Shown here one piece after another: positions 51,615 through 63,416 of a DNA stretch of 64,000 nucleotides. Position 1 is the first letter of the stretch; each line of letters begins with the position of its first letter. A program made the translations under genes and the position numbers. Location of the stretch: NCBI GenBank assembly GCA_965203915.1, contig OZ241918.1:609532-673531 (forward strand). The letters run 5' to 3'. Under the pieces are notes generated by a model, which did not search any database, had not been told where the DNA came from, and saw nothing but the letters and a program-made list of their open reading frames with translations. The DNA is from Alphaproteobacteria bacterium. GTDB lineage: Bacteria > Pseudomonadota > Alphaproteobacteria > JASGCL01.

Positions 51615-54366
51615 ATGGCAAAGAAAAAAATATTAGCAGAGAAGAACACGACACCAAGTCGTAATGAAATGAAAAGCAGAGCCTTGGCATTTCAAAAAAG
51701 GTGGCAAATTGCTTCTAGTGAGTCTTCTGATAAACAAACTTTTTATAATGAATTTTTTAATATATTTGGAATTGATAGAATAAAAGTTGCTGTCTTTGAA
51801 CAGCAGGTTGAAAAATTAAACAACCGCCGTGGGTCTATAGATTTGTTTTGGCCAAAAAAACTTTTGGTGGAGCATAAATCAAAAGGCGTTGATTTGAAGA
51901 AAGCGGTTGAACAGGCTTATGACTATTGCCTTAATATTGAAAATGATTTGTTGCCTGAATTTTTGTTGGTATGTGATTTTCATGAATTTCGGTTAATAGA
52001 AATTGCTAATAAGCAAAAATATTATTTTACATTGCCAGAATTGCATGAAAAATTGAATCTATTTAATTTTATGACCGATTATAAAAAACAAAACATCGCC
52101 GAGCTTGATCCAATTAATTTAAAAGCGGCAGAACGCATGGGCGATCTTTATGATAATTTAAAAAATGATAACGCTTCACAAAAAGATTTAGAATTATTTT
52201 TGGTGCGTGTGCTTTATTGTTTGTTTGCCGATGATACAGATATATTTAAGAAAAAGATATTTCATGATTTGATTGATAAAAAAACAAGGAGTGATGGTTC
52301 GGACGTTGGCGACAGATTAGCCCATTTATTTCAAACCTTAAATACGCCAAAAGAAAAAAGACCCAGCACTTTAGATTTTGATTTAAATGACTTTGATTAT
52401 ATCAATGGTAAATTGTTTGCGGACACGATTAACATTTTATCTTTCAGCACATGGACAAGAACATATTTGATAAATTGTTGTTCGTTTGTTGAATGGCGAA
52501 AAATATCGCCCGCTATTTTTGGTTCGTTATTTCAAGCGATTGCTGATAAGAAAAAAAGACGAAGCACGGGCGCGCATTATACATCGGAAAAAAATATTTT
52601 GCGCACCATCAAACCATTGTTTTTGGATAATCTGTATCAAGAATTTGAAGAAGCGAAAGGAAATAAAAAACAGTTAATCGATTTTCATAACAAATTGGCG
52701 GGGCTAAAATTTTTTGACCCCGCTTGCGGTTGTGGTAATTTTTTGGTGGTGGCTTATCGCGAATTGCGCAAATTGGAATTAGAAATTTTAAAAATTTTAT
52801 ATAAGGGGCAAGACAATGTCGACGTTAACAATTTATCAAAAATCGATGTTGATAGTTTTTATGGCATAGAATTAGAAGAATTCCCCGCCAACATTGCTTC
52901 GGTTGCCATGTGGTTAACCGACCATCAATCTAATTTGGAATTGTCAGAAACCTTTGGTCATTACTACGCGCGTATTCCATTAAAAAAATCGGCTAAGATA
53001 CATCATGGCAATGCCCTAACCACCGATTGGTCAAAAATTATCGACCCAAAAACATGTTCCTACATCATCGGTAATCCACCGTTTATTGGTGCTCGCCAAA
53101 AAGATGGTATGCAATCGAAAGAAATGGAAGATATATTTTCAGGAATAAAAGATTGGGGTAATTTGGATTATGTAACAGCATGGTATAAAAAAGCCGCCGA
53201 ATATATCCATGGCACAAAAATTAAGGTAGGGTTTGTTGCCACCAATAGCATTACACAGGGTTTGCACGTTGGTATATTATGGAATAATTTAATCAATCAA
53301 CATGGTATTACCATTCACTTTGCCCATCAAACCTTTGCTTGGTCAAATGAAGCCAAGGGTAAGGCGGCAGTTTATGTCGTTATCATCGGTTTTGCCAATT
53401 TTGATAGTGATAAAAAAACTCTATATGAATATGATGATATTAAGGGCGACCCAAATGAAATAAGATTTAATGGTAATATCAATCCTTATTTGATTGAAGG
53501 GAATAATACCTTCATTTCCAAGCGCTCTACGCCGCTTTGTGATGTGCCAGAAATGTATACGGGTAATAAACCTATAGATGATGGCAATTATATTTTTGAT
53601 AGCAAAGAAAAAGAAATTTTTATCCAGAAATATCCTAAGGCTGAAAATTATTTTTATCGTTATGTTGGTGCAGACGATTTAATCAATGGTTTAATGAGGT
53701 TTATTTTATTGACACCTAAAATGTCGCCAAGTGAGATTAATAATATTAGAGGCATAAAAGACAGGGTAGAATATGTAAAGATTTTTAGAGAAAACAGCAA
53801 AAGCCAGCCCACAAGAGATTTTGCAAAAAAACCTTCAAGGTTTCATATAGAATTTATTCCTGACAGTGAATATCTAGCGATACCCGTTACTAGCTCTGAA
53901 AGACGTAAATATATTCCTATAGGTTATTTGCCACCAGAATTTATTCCTAGTGTAGATATAAGAATTGTGCCTAACGCCACCCTCTATCATTTTGGTATTT
54001 TAACTTCGGCCATGCACATGGCGTGGGTGGCGCAAGTTTGTGGACGATTAAAATCAGATTTCCGTTATTCAAAAGATATTGTTTATAACAATTACCCATG
54101 GCCAAAAAACCCGCCCGCCGACAAAATAAAAAAAAATTGAATCCATCGCCCAAAGGATTTTGGATATTCGCAAAAAATATGAAAATAAAAACACCCTTGC
54201 CGATTTGTATGACCCCAACACCATGCCCGCCGATTTATTGCGCACCCACCAAGAATTAGACAAATTGGTTGATGATTGCTATGACCCCGCTGGTTTTGCC
54301 AGCAACAGCGATCGCCTCACCCATTTATTTAATTTGTATGAAGAATATATAAAAAATAAAAATTAA
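51615..54366 (+). CDS. MmeI/YeeA-like type IIL restriction-modification enzyme (N6-adenine methyltransferase fused to endonuclease), frameshifted at A9 54128-54136
   Basis: IDLFWPKKLLVEHK (PD-ExK-like), GAHYT, FFDPACGCGNF (motif I), GNPPF (motif IV), GRLKSDFRYS. The C-terminal LADLYDP..MP..L..H..LD..VD segment continues in another frame (54160-54366). Confidence 0.85.
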
Positions 54367-54584
54367 TTGTTGCAACAATGGGGGCAAAATTCGACTGCGC
54401 TGAAATATTGTTTTTTTGCTTCCGCCATAGCTTCCTCAGGACTTTTTTTATAACTAGCATGATAAACATCATCCTGCATGTGGGGGCAACCTTCCCGATG
54501 CAATAAATGCACGCGCTGCCCCGTGGAACCATCCACAAATGTTTCCTTTTTTTCTATCATGTATGCTTTGCCTAATCCTGACAT
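54363..54584 (-). CDS. Small hypothetical protein with putative metal ligands (H..H...C...CPHCC)
   Basis: 73-aa ORF converging on the R-M gene, with a GGG purine patch upstream. Pattern HLLHREGC...EAMAEAKK...FCPHCC. Confidence 0.6.
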   Translation of the reverse strand: MSGLGKAYMIEKKETFVDGSTGQRVHLLHREGCPHMQDDVYHASYKKSPEEAMAEAKKQYFSAVEFCPHCCNN

Positions 54585-54799
54585 ATTTTTTTCATACCCT
54601 TGATTCTGTTATCAGGCAATATCTATTTCACCAATGACCGCCATTTGTTGCCGATGGTTTTTATAGCGATAGGGCGCAACCAACCCATAAAGGCAAAAAC
54701 ACCACGCGCGGCGCGTGCGGGCGGTTGCAATTTTTAACCAATGGGCTTATAGATACAATAATCAAATATAGCATTATTCCAATAAAATATAGCAACATC

Positions 54800-55501
54800 A
54801 TGGCAAAGAAAAAAACCATAGCTGGAAAAAAATTGACTTCTGCGGCGCGCTCATCGCCCAGCAACCAACCCACGGGCGGCGCCATGGCGGGGCTGGCAAC
54901 CCAATCGCTGTTGGTGGATATTCATTACGCAACCTTGGTCGATAGGTTTTTAAAATTTATCCGCCGTTATCAACAATGGTTGGTGGCGGTGGTCGTCGTC
55001 GCCCTGGTTATAAGCTTGGCGGTGATAAGTTGGAATTTTTATCAGCAATCCCAAGCAAAAAAAATAAGCGAAGAATTTTATGCCTTGCTCGGTGATAAGG
55101 AAATTGCCACCCACCCCGATAAGTTGGTCAATTTCGCCGTCAACCACAGCAAAGGCGCAGGGGCGGGTTATGGCGCATTGGCCAGCGTCATGGCGTTGCA
55201 ATTAATCGAAAAAAACAAAAATGATGCCACGCAAACCAATTTAAAAAACACCATCGATAAAGCCGTGGCGCAAAATCCCTATTTGCGCGACGTGGCGGCC
55301 TTGCGTTCGGGCGATGAAAAAACATTGCGCGCCCTTACCGTGGCGGCGCAAAATTCGTCGATGATAAATTTGGCCCTGGCCGACCGCTTAACCGCCGCGG
55401 GGAAAAAAGACGAAGCAAAAAAAACGTTACAAACCATCGCCATCAACAACCAAAATAATTTGCTTGGTTTGTTGATGTTACAAATTTTACCCAATTATTA
55501 A
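54800..55501 (+). CDS. YfgM-like / TPR-like single-pass membrane protein
   Basis: One hydrophobic segment (WLVAVVVVALVISLAVISW) followed by a helical domain. Lies directly upstream of a BamB-like gene, the usual context. ATG 54800 preferred over TTG 54725. Confidence 0.65.
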   Translation: MAKKKTIAGKKLTSAARSSPSNQPTGGAMAGLATQSLLVDIHYATLVDRFLKFIRRYQQWLVAVVVVALVISLAVISWNFYQQSQAKKISEEFYALLGDKEIATHPDKLVNFAVNHSKGAGAGYGALASVMALQLIEKNKNDATQTNLKNTIDKAVAQNPYLRDVAALRSGDEKTLRALTVAAQNSSMINLALADRLTAAGKKDEAKKTLQTIAINNQNNLLGLLMLQILPNY

Positions 55502-55528
55502 TTCACCAAACTTCATCCATCGAACAAT

Positions 55529-56971
55529 ATGTTGCAAAAAAGAATTTATTCCTACGTTTTTGGCGGTGCCATGGCAACATTGTTGCTAACTGGTTGCGCC
55601 GATAACAAATTGACCCTGACGGGACAGCGGCAAGTCATCGACATTGCATCGATAGACGATGTCCGCGCCAGCGATTCGAAACTTGTCGGCGGTGGCTACA
55701 GCCTAACCCAGCCAGTCACCAACCAAGAATGGCGTTCGGCATCGGGCGGTAACGACCGTCGCCCACCCCATGCACGTGGTGGCGAACAAAACAAAATAGC
55801 TTTTTATATAAAAATTGGCGCAGGCACGGGGAAATCCGCCCTCTACCCCGCGCGCGATAAAGACGGCGATGAAAAACCCGAAACCCCGCGGGGCGAGGCT
55901 AATATAGTCAACATCGCCCCCATTGTTGCCGACAATAAAATTTTCGCCATCGACAGCCGTTATCAAATCACCGTGCTCGATTGGCAAAAAGATAGCGACC
56001 AGCCCAAGGTAAAATGGCGTTATCTTTTAAGCGAAGCCAACAATTACCTTGCCGCGACGGGCGGGGGCATGGCCTTCGCCAATGCTGGCGGCCCCGATGG
56101 CAAAACCCCCTTGTTGGTGGTGACCACGGGGTTTGGCAAAGTATACGGTTTTAACGCCAACACGGGCGATGTGGTTTTTCAACAAAACCTTATCAGCCCG
56201 ATTAAAAATGCGGCGGCTATCACCGACAGCCTAGCCATAGTCAAAACCATCGACGGTTCGGTTTATGGTTTGTCATTGCGCGACGGGCGTAGGGTTTGGC
56301 AAAATAATAGTTTGCTGGCCGATGGTGGCACGATTGATGCCATCGGGTTTAAGGGCGGATCCGCCCCCACCGCCAGCGCGGGACGGGTGTGGACGGGTTT
56401 TTTGTCGGGTAATGTGATGGCTTTGAATGGTGCCTCGGGCAATATATTATGGCAAGATGGCACGATGAAATTCAGCATAGGCGACAGCAACCGTTATCGC
56501 GAAATTATTGGCAACATGATGCTTGACGGTGGGGTTATCTATGCCTTCAGCTTTGGTTCTGACGCCATTGCCTTCCGTGCCGATGGTGGCGGCAAATTAT
56601 GGCGCAAGCGTTTGGCGACTATCGAAAACCCGACTATGAATAACCAAACAATTTTTATCATCGACAGCGATTACAATTTGAAAGCCATTAATAAAGCGAC
56701 TGGCAATTTATTTTGGAGCCGTATCCTAGAAAAATATCAATACCCTGGCACGCGAACTTTGACACTGGTCGATTGGCATGGCCCATTGTTGGTAAGCAAA
56801 AGATTATTTTTGGCGAATAATATAGGACAATATATGTTCGTCAATGCCCTGAACGGCAACATGATTGAGCAAGGACAAGATGATATATATAAACTTGACT
56901 CCCCCGCCATCGCGGCAAAGAACACTATTTTGTTTGTCAACAGCATGGGTTATTTGGTGGGGATTCAATAG
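55529..56971 (+). CDS. bamB: PQQ-like beta-propeller lipoprotein (BamB-like)
   Basis: Lipobox LLTGC; repeated G..W blade motifs (DGRRVW, SGNILW, GGKLW, TGNLFW); N-terminal LTGQR and EWRSASG resemble alphaproteobacterial homologs. Confidence 0.7.
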   Translation: MLQKRIYSYVFGGAMATLLLTGCADNKLTLTGQRQVIDIASIDDVRASDSKLVGGGYSLTQPVTNQEWRSASGGNDRRPPHARGGEQNKIAFYIKIGAGTGKSALYPARDKDGDEKPETPRGEANIVNIAPIVADNKIFAIDSRYQITVLDWQKDSDQPKVKWRYLLSEANNYLAATGGGMAFANAGGPDGKTPLLVVTTGFGKVYGFNANTGDVVFQQNLISPIKNAAAITDSLAIVKTIDGSVYGLSLRDGRRVWQNNSLLADGGTIDAIGFKGGSAPTASAGRVWTGFLSGNVMALNGASGNILWQDGTMKFSIGDSNRYREIIGNMMLDGGVIYAFSFGSDAIAFRADGGGKLWRKRLATIENPTMNNQTIFIIDSDYNLKAINKATGNLFWSRILEKYQYPGTRTLTLVDWHGPLLVSKRLFLANNIGQYMFVNALNGNMIEQGQDDIYKLDSPAIAAKNTILFVNSMGYLVGIQ

Positions 56972-57007
56972 ATCATTGACTTCGCCCATCCTCTATTAGG
57001 TAATATC

Positions 57008-57592
57008 ATGAAAAAAACAAACCATTTTCTATCTATTGTCATGATTGCCCTGTTATTGGCAATCGCGAGCCAGCCACAAAAGGCCAAGGCAGAATTTTAC
57101 GGCGATATTAACGCCGAATTTGCTATCGCTGGCAATACCAATTTGGTGCCGCGCATCGGCGGCGGGGTGACATTTGATTTGGGTTACATCGTTGGTAACA
57201 ATCGCTTTTTTATTAACAGCGGGGTGAATTACCTTTCTGGCAAACCCGCCGATTATGATATTCTGCGTCATCGCTACCAATTATTTTCCTTCGTGCATGT
57301 GCCGCTAACTTTTAACTATGGCATCGTGCTCAATGCTGGGCGTGTTTCTTTCATCCCCTCGCTTGGTTTTGGTTACAGTTTTACGACCATGTATGGCTAT
57401 GATATAGAAACCGATGGTCGACCGCTTCCATTCCCCGCCCATAGTTTTATTGTCAGCCCCAAATTGCAGATCATGTATAATTTTAATGACAAAACATCGA
57501 TAGGCGCGACCTTTGGCGGCAATGTTTTTGCGTCAGAATTTTTAAAATTCACCTACATGGTGGTGGGCTTTACCGCCAGCACAAAATTTTAA
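57008..57592 (+). CDS. Outer-membrane beta-barrel protein
   Basis: Sec signal peptide ending AKA, alternating amphipathic strands, C-terminal Phe (VGFTASTKF). Confidence 0.65.
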   Translation: MKKTNHFLSIVMIALLLAIASQPQKAKAEFYGDINAEFAIAGNTNLVPRIGGGVTFDLGYIVGNNRFFINSGVNYLSGKPADYDILRHRYQLFSFVHVPLTFNYGIVLNAGRVSFIPSLGFGYSFTTMYGYDIETDGRPLPFPAHSFIVSPKLQIMYNFNDKTSIGATFGGNVFASEFLKFTYMVVGFTASTKF

Positions 57593-57597
57593 TTTAT

Positions 57598-58188
57598 TTA
57601 TTTCTCAATAATATAACAAGTATTCAACGCGCCAGCGCGCTCGACCCGATATTTCTTCGGTATAATTTTTTTCATGTCAACCGATTGAAACCCCAAGACG
57701 CGGGTTAGGGGATTTAACGAATGAGCCAATTTGCCTTTGCGGGTGTTAACATACAACATGATTTTGCCGTCTGGCTTCAAATGCTGTAATGCTAATTTTA
57801 AAAAAGCATCGGGGTGCGGCAAAACGGAAATAACATGCACCAGCACGATAATATCAACTTTTTTAGTTTTTTTTAGTATATCCTCGGCATAACCAATCAA
57901 AAATTCTGGTGCATTTTTTTTCATCATATTGGGTAAATATTTTTTTACCCGCCGCTCTGCAACCTTCAACGCCAGGCGGTCGGGCTCAGAAAAAATAAAT
58001 CTATTTTTATTTTGCTCGCCAAGATATTTGATATAAGGCCCCACGCCCGTGCCAATATCCAAAATAGTTAGGCCATGATTTTTTCTGGTAAAGCGAGCAA
58101 AATGCTCGTAGCTGCTTTTTTGCCATAAGCCCCAGGTAAAAGAATAAACGGGGCGCCATAAAGTCCAAACATTAAAACCAAATATCAT
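57598..58188 (-). CDS. Class I SAM-dependent methyltransferase
   Basis: ILDIGTGVG motif I, acidic residue after beta2 (SEPD), LKPDGKI. Confidence 0.8.
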   Translation of the reverse strand: MIFGFNVWTLWRPVYSFTWGLWQKSSYEHFARFTRKNHGLTILDIGTGVGPYIKYLGEQNKNRFIFSEPDRLALKVAERRVKKYLPNMMKKNAPEFLIGYAEDILKKTKKVDIIVLVHVISVLPHPDAFLKLALQHLKPDGKIMLYVNTRKGKLAHSLNPLTRVLGFQSVDMKKIIPKKYRVERAGALNTCYIIEK

Positions 58189-58312
58189 GCGCGCAACGCT
58201 AGCAAATTATAGCGCAATCACCAAACAAAAAATTACCTTGCATTTTGCTCATAATAGCCTTAAAGCATTTTTGACCAATCTTTTTGTAAAGTTCATGAAC
58301 ACACAAAAATGG

Positions 58313-58389
<77 letters not shown>

Positions 58390-58442
58390 CCTATTAAAAC
58401 ATGGCATGACTACCTGCTAAAAATACACTATAAATAAAAAAA

Positions 58443-59426
58443 ATGTTAGAGGCTTTCTTTTCTATTTTTCCCATTTTGGCCTTGGTGCTGTCTGGCTTTC
58501 TTATTGGGCGCATGGTGCGCAAACCAAAGGAAGAATTGAGCGATCATTATATGTTGCTCGACAGATTTATTTTCTATGTTTTGGCTCCTGCTTTCTTCTT
58601 CTTCACCATCGCCAATGGCAACATCGACGCCGTCATTAACTTTCCCTATTTTTTGGCGTTGATCGCCAGCCAATTTATTATGATGGGCCTGGCCCTTATT
58701 ATCACGGGCAATTTTTTTAAAGAACCATTCGGCGAAAGGATGCTGCATAGTTTATCTTCCAGTTTTCCCAATGTCTTGTTCGTTGGCTTCCCTATCATGA
58801 TAGCCGTTTTTGGCGAGCAGGGCATTATGCCCGCCATCCAAGCGGTTTTCATCCAGCAGGCTATTATCATGCCGATATTGCTATCGACCCTGCAATTTGA
58901 TTTAGCCGTCAGGCGCGGTTTTAGCCATGGCAACATGCGCACCACGGTTATAGAAATTGTTCGTGCTGGCTTATCGGTTATTAAAAATCCTATTTTGCTA
59001 TCGATATTGGCGGGCGTTTGTTTTTCTTATTTTGATTGGGAAATGCCAAAACCCCTGACCAATTTTTTTAATTTGGCCAATGGTGCTTTGAACGCCGTGG
59101 CCTTGTTTGCGATTGGCGTTTTCATGGCGCAAACAAAATTTGTTTATACATTGGTGGTGGCGCAAGAAAGCTGGTGGGTGGTGATATTAAAAATTATTGT
59201 TATGCCATTGCTAAGTTGGTTGATTGTGACCGTGGCCTTTTCTTATTTGGATTCTATACATGCCGCCGCGGTGGTTATTATTGCCGCCCTTCCCACCGCG
59301 GGTTCCATCATGTTGCTGGCTCATCATTTTTCTATCAGAAAAAAACGCACGATGTTAGAATATCATTTAACCAGCTTGGTTTCGGTCGTAACTTTAAGTA
59401 TTATCCTTGCCTATTACCTCAATTAG
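58443..59426 (+). CDS. AEC (auxin efflux carrier / malate permease) family transporter
   Basis: About 10 hydrophobic segments; SFPNVLFVGFPI, KNPILLSILAG, ALFAIG, LKIIVMP and ALPTA motifs. Confidence 0.85.
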   Translation: MLEAFFSIFPILALVLSGFLIGRMVRKPKEELSDHYMLLDRFIFYVLAPAFFFFTIANGNIDAVINFPYFLALIASQFIMMGLALIITGNFFKEPFGERMLHSLSSSFPNVLFVGFPIMIAVFGEQGIMPAIQAVFIQQAIIMPILLSTLQFDLAVRRGFSHGNMRTTVIEIVRAGLSVIKNPILLSILAGVCFSYFDWEMPKPLTNFFNLANGALNAVALFAIGVFMAQTKFVYTLVVAQESWWVVILKIIVMPLLSWLIVTVAFSYLDSIHAAAVVIIAALPTAGSIMLLAHHFSIRKKRTMLEYHLTSLVSVVTLSIILAYYLN

Positions 59427-59474
59427 TTATCCTCACCACATGGCTGGCTAAGTATTTTTAATGAAAGGCGGCGC

Positions 59475-59810
59475 ATGATAAGAAAAAGCAATTTGCAATC
59501 GATGGAGGGGCTCGTTAAAAAAATGGCGCGGCTTTACCTTGGCCGTGCGGGCATGGTGGCGATGGATATAAGCAAACATTGGCGAGAGGTGGTTGGTGAT
59601 GATTTTTACCAGACGGTATTTTTTCAGAAAGTTTCTTTTCCCATAAAAAAAAACCTGCAGCAAAAAAACAATGGTGTGCTGATGGTTGTTTGTCATCCCG
59701 CGGTGGCGCATTTGATAAAGTTTGAAGAAAAAAATATTTTGCAACGCGCCAATCGCTACTTTGGTTATCCTGCCCTTGGGCGTATTTATGTTAAGCAACG
59801 AAACACATGA
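59475..59810 (+). CDS. DUF721 / DciA-family protein
   Basis: HWREVVG...GVLMV...AHLIKFEEKNILQRANRYFGYPALGRI pattern. Confidence 0.7.
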   Translation: MIRKSNLQSMEGLVKKMARLYLGRAGMVAMDISKHWREVVGDDFYQTVFFQKVSFPIKKNLQQKNNGVLMVVCHPAVAHLIKFEEKNILQRANRYFGYPALGRIYVKQRNT

Positions 59811-60550
59811 AAAATTTTATCTTACTTACATTGTTCCCTGAAATGTTTCCTGGCGCACTGGCCCATTCGGTTATCGGTAATGCACTTGGTTCGTTGTGGA
59901 ATTATCACACCATCAATTTGCGCGATTTTGCCGACAACAAACATCATAGGGTCGATGACGAACCATTCGGCGGCGGCGCGGGCATGGTTATCAGGGCGGA
60001 GGTTGCCTTCAACGCGGTCGAGGCCGCCTTGCGCTCCCACGCCAACGCCCGCGTTGTTCATTTGACGCCGCGTGGTGAATTGTTGACCCCCGCCATAGCA
60101 AAATATTTGGCAGCAGGAACGGGGGAGGGGAGAGACGGCGAAGAAAATATAATATTGATATGCGGCCGCTACGAAGCCATCGACCAGCGATTTGTTGATT
60201 ATTATAATCAGCAACACCCCGATAACCCGATGATGGAGCTTAGCATTGGTGATTATGTTTTGTCGGGCGGTGAATTGGCCGCGATGGTGTTGATGGATAG
60301 TATTTTGCGTTTTGTGCCAGGGATATTAGGCAAAGAAGCAAGCCACGAACAGGAAAGTCACGAAGAGGGTTTGTTAGAACATCACCATTATACCCGCCCC
60401 GCCGAATGGCGCGGGTTAAAAGTTCCAGAAATCCTCTTGACAGGCAACCATAAAAAGATTAAAGAGTTTCGTCAGGCTGAAGCAGAAAATGTAACGAAGC
60501 AACGACGCCCTGACATCTTGATAAAAAAAATAACCGACAAAAAGAATTGA
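59807..60550 (+). CDS. trmD: tRNA (guanine-N1)-methyltransferase
   Basis: [51 protein letters not shown]. Confidence 0.97.
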   Translation: MKNFILLTLFPEMFPGALAHSVIGNALGSLWNYHTINLRDFADNKHHRVDDEPFGGGAGMVIRAEVAFNAVEAALRSHANARVVHLTPRGELLTPAIAKYLAAGTGEGRDGEENIILICGRYEAIDQRFVDYYNQQHPDNPMMELSIGDYVLSGGELAAMVLMDSILRFVPGILGKEASHEQESHEEGLLEHHHYTRPAEWRGLKVPEILLTGNHKKIKEFRQAEAENVTKQRRPDILIKKITDKKN

Positions 60551-60558
60551 GAAACACC

Positions 60559-61107
60559 ATGATGAATTCATTTTCCAGCGTTTTAGCTGATAATTTAAAA
60601 AAAGCTAAACAAGCTAAAAAATCCCCCACCTTTCGTCCGGGCGATACATTGCGGGTTGAGGTAAAAGTTGTCGAAGGCGACAAGTCGCGTTTGCAGGCTT
60701 TTGAAGGCATTTGCATTGCGCGGAAAAACGCTGGCATTGGTTCTTCCTTCACGGTGCGCAAATTATCCTATGGCGAAGGGGTGGAAAGAACATTCCCACT
60801 TTTCAGCCCGATGGTCGATTCGGTTGAGGTTGTTCGCATGGGCAAAGTGCGTCGCGCCAAATTATATTATTTGAAGGGTCGCAAAGGGAAATCAGCACGC
60901 ATCGCCGAAGAATTTCGTTCGGTGCTAGCCATGAAGGGTGATGAGATTGCCACGGCGGCGCATATCAGCGAAGAAAAAATAGCCGAGGTCATAGCCAAAC
61001 CCGAGGCAGTTGCGGAAGCAAAGCCCGAAGTTAAAAGCGAAGCACCAGCCCAAGCGGTTGCTGTTGAGGCTCCTGATACCGTTGTCAAAGACGAGCAAAA
61101 ATCATAA
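60559..61107 (+). CDS. rplS: 50S ribosomal protein L19 with an acidic Ala/Glu/Pro-rich C-terminal extension
   Basis: [44 protein letters not shown]. Start uncertain (TTG 60547 or ATG 60559/60562). Confidence 0.96.
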   Translation: MMNSFSSVLADNLKKAKQAKKSPTFRPGDTLRVEVKVVEGDKSRLQAFEGICIARKNAGIGSSFTVRKLSYGEGVERTFPLFSPMVDSVEVVRMGKVRRAKLYYLKGRKGKSARIAEEFRSVLAMKGDEIATAAHISEEKIAEVIAKPEAVAEAKPEVKSEAPAQAVAVEAPDTVVKDEQKS

Positions 61108-61232
61108 ATTATTTTGTTGAAGGGGGCCAAGCGAAGCATAGGCCGCGCCCATATTTCTTACATGGCTATTCATGTCCAAGTATAAAAATGCTAACAATTT
61201 GTAATGGCTGGGGACTCCTGCTATAAAATATC

Positions 61233-62063
61233 ATGACCGCCGTTTATAATATAAAATCTATCAAGGGAATGACCATAGGCAATGATTTGCCTTTTATATT
61301 GATAGCAGGCCCTTGCGTTTTGGAAACTGAAAAACATGCCTTGACCATGTCGGCGGCTATCCAAAAAATTTGTGACAAATTAAAAATCCCGCTTATTTAT
61401 AAAACAAGTTTTGATAAAGCCAATCGGTCATCTATCGAATCCAGCCGCGGTTTGGATTTCGCGGAATCGCTAAAAATCTTTTCTAAAATCAAGGCGGCGA
61501 CAGGCCTGCCGCTGCTAACCGATTATCATGAAAAGGAGCAGGCGGCGCAGGTAGCCGATGTGGTTGATGTGTTGCAAGTGCCCGCGTTTTTATGCCGCCA
61601 AACCGACCTGTTGCTGGCGGGTGGCAAAACGGGCAAGCCGATGAATGTTAAAAAAGGTCAATTCCTTGCCCCTGAAGACATGGCAAATGTGGTGAGCAAA
61701 ATTGAAAGCACGGGCAACCAAGATATTATGTTGTGCGAACGCGGGGTGAGTTTTGGCTATCGCACCTTGGTGAATGATTTCCGCAGCCTGCCCATCATGG
61801 CCAAAACTGGCAAACCCGTGATTTTTGACGCCACCCATTCGGTGCAGAGCCCTGGCGGGCTTGGCAAAACATCGGGGGGGCAACGCGAATTTGTGTTCGA
61901 CCTGGCGCGGGCCGCGGTTGCCGTGGGGGTGGCGGGATTATTTATGGAAGTTCATGAAGACCCCGACAAAGCCCCGTCGGATGGACCCAACATGATAAAA
62001 TTGTCGGATTTAGAAAATATCTTGCAGAAATTGCAAGAGATTGATAGGGTAATAAAAAAATAG
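61233..62063 (+). CDS. kdsA: 3-deoxy-8-phosphooctulonate (KDO8P) synthase
   Basis: IAGPCVLE, FDKANRSS, PAFLCRQTDL, KKGQFL, FDATHSVQ, SDGP. Confidence 0.97.
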   Translation: MTAVYNIKSIKGMTIGNDLPFILIAGPCVLETEKHALTMSAAIQKICDKLKIPLIYKTSFDKANRSSIESSRGLDFAESLKIFSKIKAATGLPLLTDYHEKEQAAQVADVVDVLQVPAFLCRQTDLLLAGGKTGKPMNVKKGQFLAPEDMANVVSKIESTGNQDIMLCERGVSFGYRTLVNDFRSLPIMAKTGKPVIFDATHSVQSPGGLGKTSGGQREFVFDLARAAVAVGVAGLFMEVHEDPDKAPSDGPNMIKLSDLENILQKLQEIDRVIKK

Positions 62064-62072
62064 AAAAGAACG

Positions 62073-63380
62073 ATGGCTAAAAAAATATTTGACCTTCATG
62101 CCGATGGCTCGGCGATTGTGGAAATTTTACCGCTTGAGGTTTTGGATAGCCGCGGCAACCCGACGCTGCAGGTTACGGTAAAATTATTAAGCGGCGCGGT
62201 GGGCGTGGCGTTGGTGCCATCGGGCGCGTCAACGGGCAAGCATGAGGCCGTGGAATGGCGCGACGGCGATAAAAAAAGATTTGGCGGCAAAGGATTGCTG
62301 GAACCATGTGAAAAAATTAAAGGCGAAGTGAGTGATTTGTTGTTGGGGCAGCAGGCGGGCGACCAATTGCGGTTGGATAAATTATTGTTGGCGTTGGATG
62401 GCAGCGACAACAAAAAAATCCTGGGTGCCAATACCATTTTGGCGGTGTCGCTGGCTATCGCCCGTGCGGCGGCGGCGCATTATGGTTTGCCGCTTTATCG
62501 TTACCTTGGTGGAACCACGGCGCATCTGTTGCCTGTGCCCATGATGAACATCATCAACGGTGGCATGCACGCCGATAACAATTTGGATATTCAAGAATTC
62601 ATGATTATGCCCGTTGGCTTTCAAAAATTTTCGGATGCTTTGCGGGCGGGGGTTGAAATATTCCACAGCTTGCGATCCATTTTAAAAAGCAAAAACCTTA
62701 ATACCAATGTCGGCGATGAAGGGGGTTTCGCGCCCGATATCGCCAGCGCGGAGGAGGCGTTGGCTTTGATAGGCGAAGCGGTCACGTCGGCGGGATACAA
62801 AGAAGGCAAAGAAATTTTTTATGCACTGGATTGTGCCAGCACCGAATTTTTTAAAGATGGCGTTTATGATATGATGGGCATGAAGAAAAAAATGTCCAGC
62901 GCGCAATTAACCGATTACCTGGCTGGTTTATGTAACAACTTCCCCATTATTTCTATCGAAGACGGTATGGCCGAAGACGATTTGGCAGGGTGGGAAATAT
63001 TAACAAAACGCTTGGGCGATAAGGTGCAATTGGTTGGCGACGATTTGTTTGTCACCAACCCCAAAAGATTGCAAATGGGTATCGATAAAAATTTGGCCAA
63101 TGCCCTGTTGGTGAAGGTGAACCAGATAGGAAGCCTGAGCGAAACCTTGGAAGCCGTCAACATGGCGCATCGCAATCATTACCTTGCCGTTATGTCGCAC
63201 CGTTCGGGCGAAACCGAAGATACCACGATAGCCGACTTGGCGGTTGCAACCGCTTGCGGCCAAATTAAAACGGGCGCGCCCAGCCGCGGCGAACGCACCG
63301 CAAAATATAATCGCTTGCTGGCCATCGAACAGGAATTGGGGCATGAGGCCGTCTACGCTGGTAAAATGATACTCAAGTAG
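62073..63380 (+). CDS. eno: Enolase
   Basis: [47 protein letters not shown]. Confidence 0.98.
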   Translation: MAKKIFDLHADGSAIVEILPLEVLDSRGNPTLQVTVKLLSGAVGVALVPSGASTGKHEAVEWRDGDKKRFGGKGLLEPCEKIKGEVSDLLLGQQAGDQLRLDKLLLALDGSDNKKILGANTILAVSLAIARAAAAHYGLPLYRYLGGTTAHLLPVPMMNIINGGMHADNNLDIQEFMIMPVGFQKFSDALRAGVEIFHSLRSILKSKNLNTNVGDEGGFAPDIASAEEALALIGEAVTSAGYKEGKEIFYALDCASTEFFKDGVYDMMGMKKKMSSAQLTDYLAGLCNNFPIISIEDGMAEDDLAGWEILTKRLGDKVQLVGDDLFVTNPKRLQMGIDKNLANALLVKVNQIGSLSETLEAVNMAHRNHYLAVMSHRSGETEDTTIADLAVATACGQIKTGAPSRGERTAKYNRLLAIEQELGHEAVYAGKMILK

Positions 63381-63416
63381 GGTAGAATGGTCATCAAAGA
63401 ATAATAAAAAATAATC

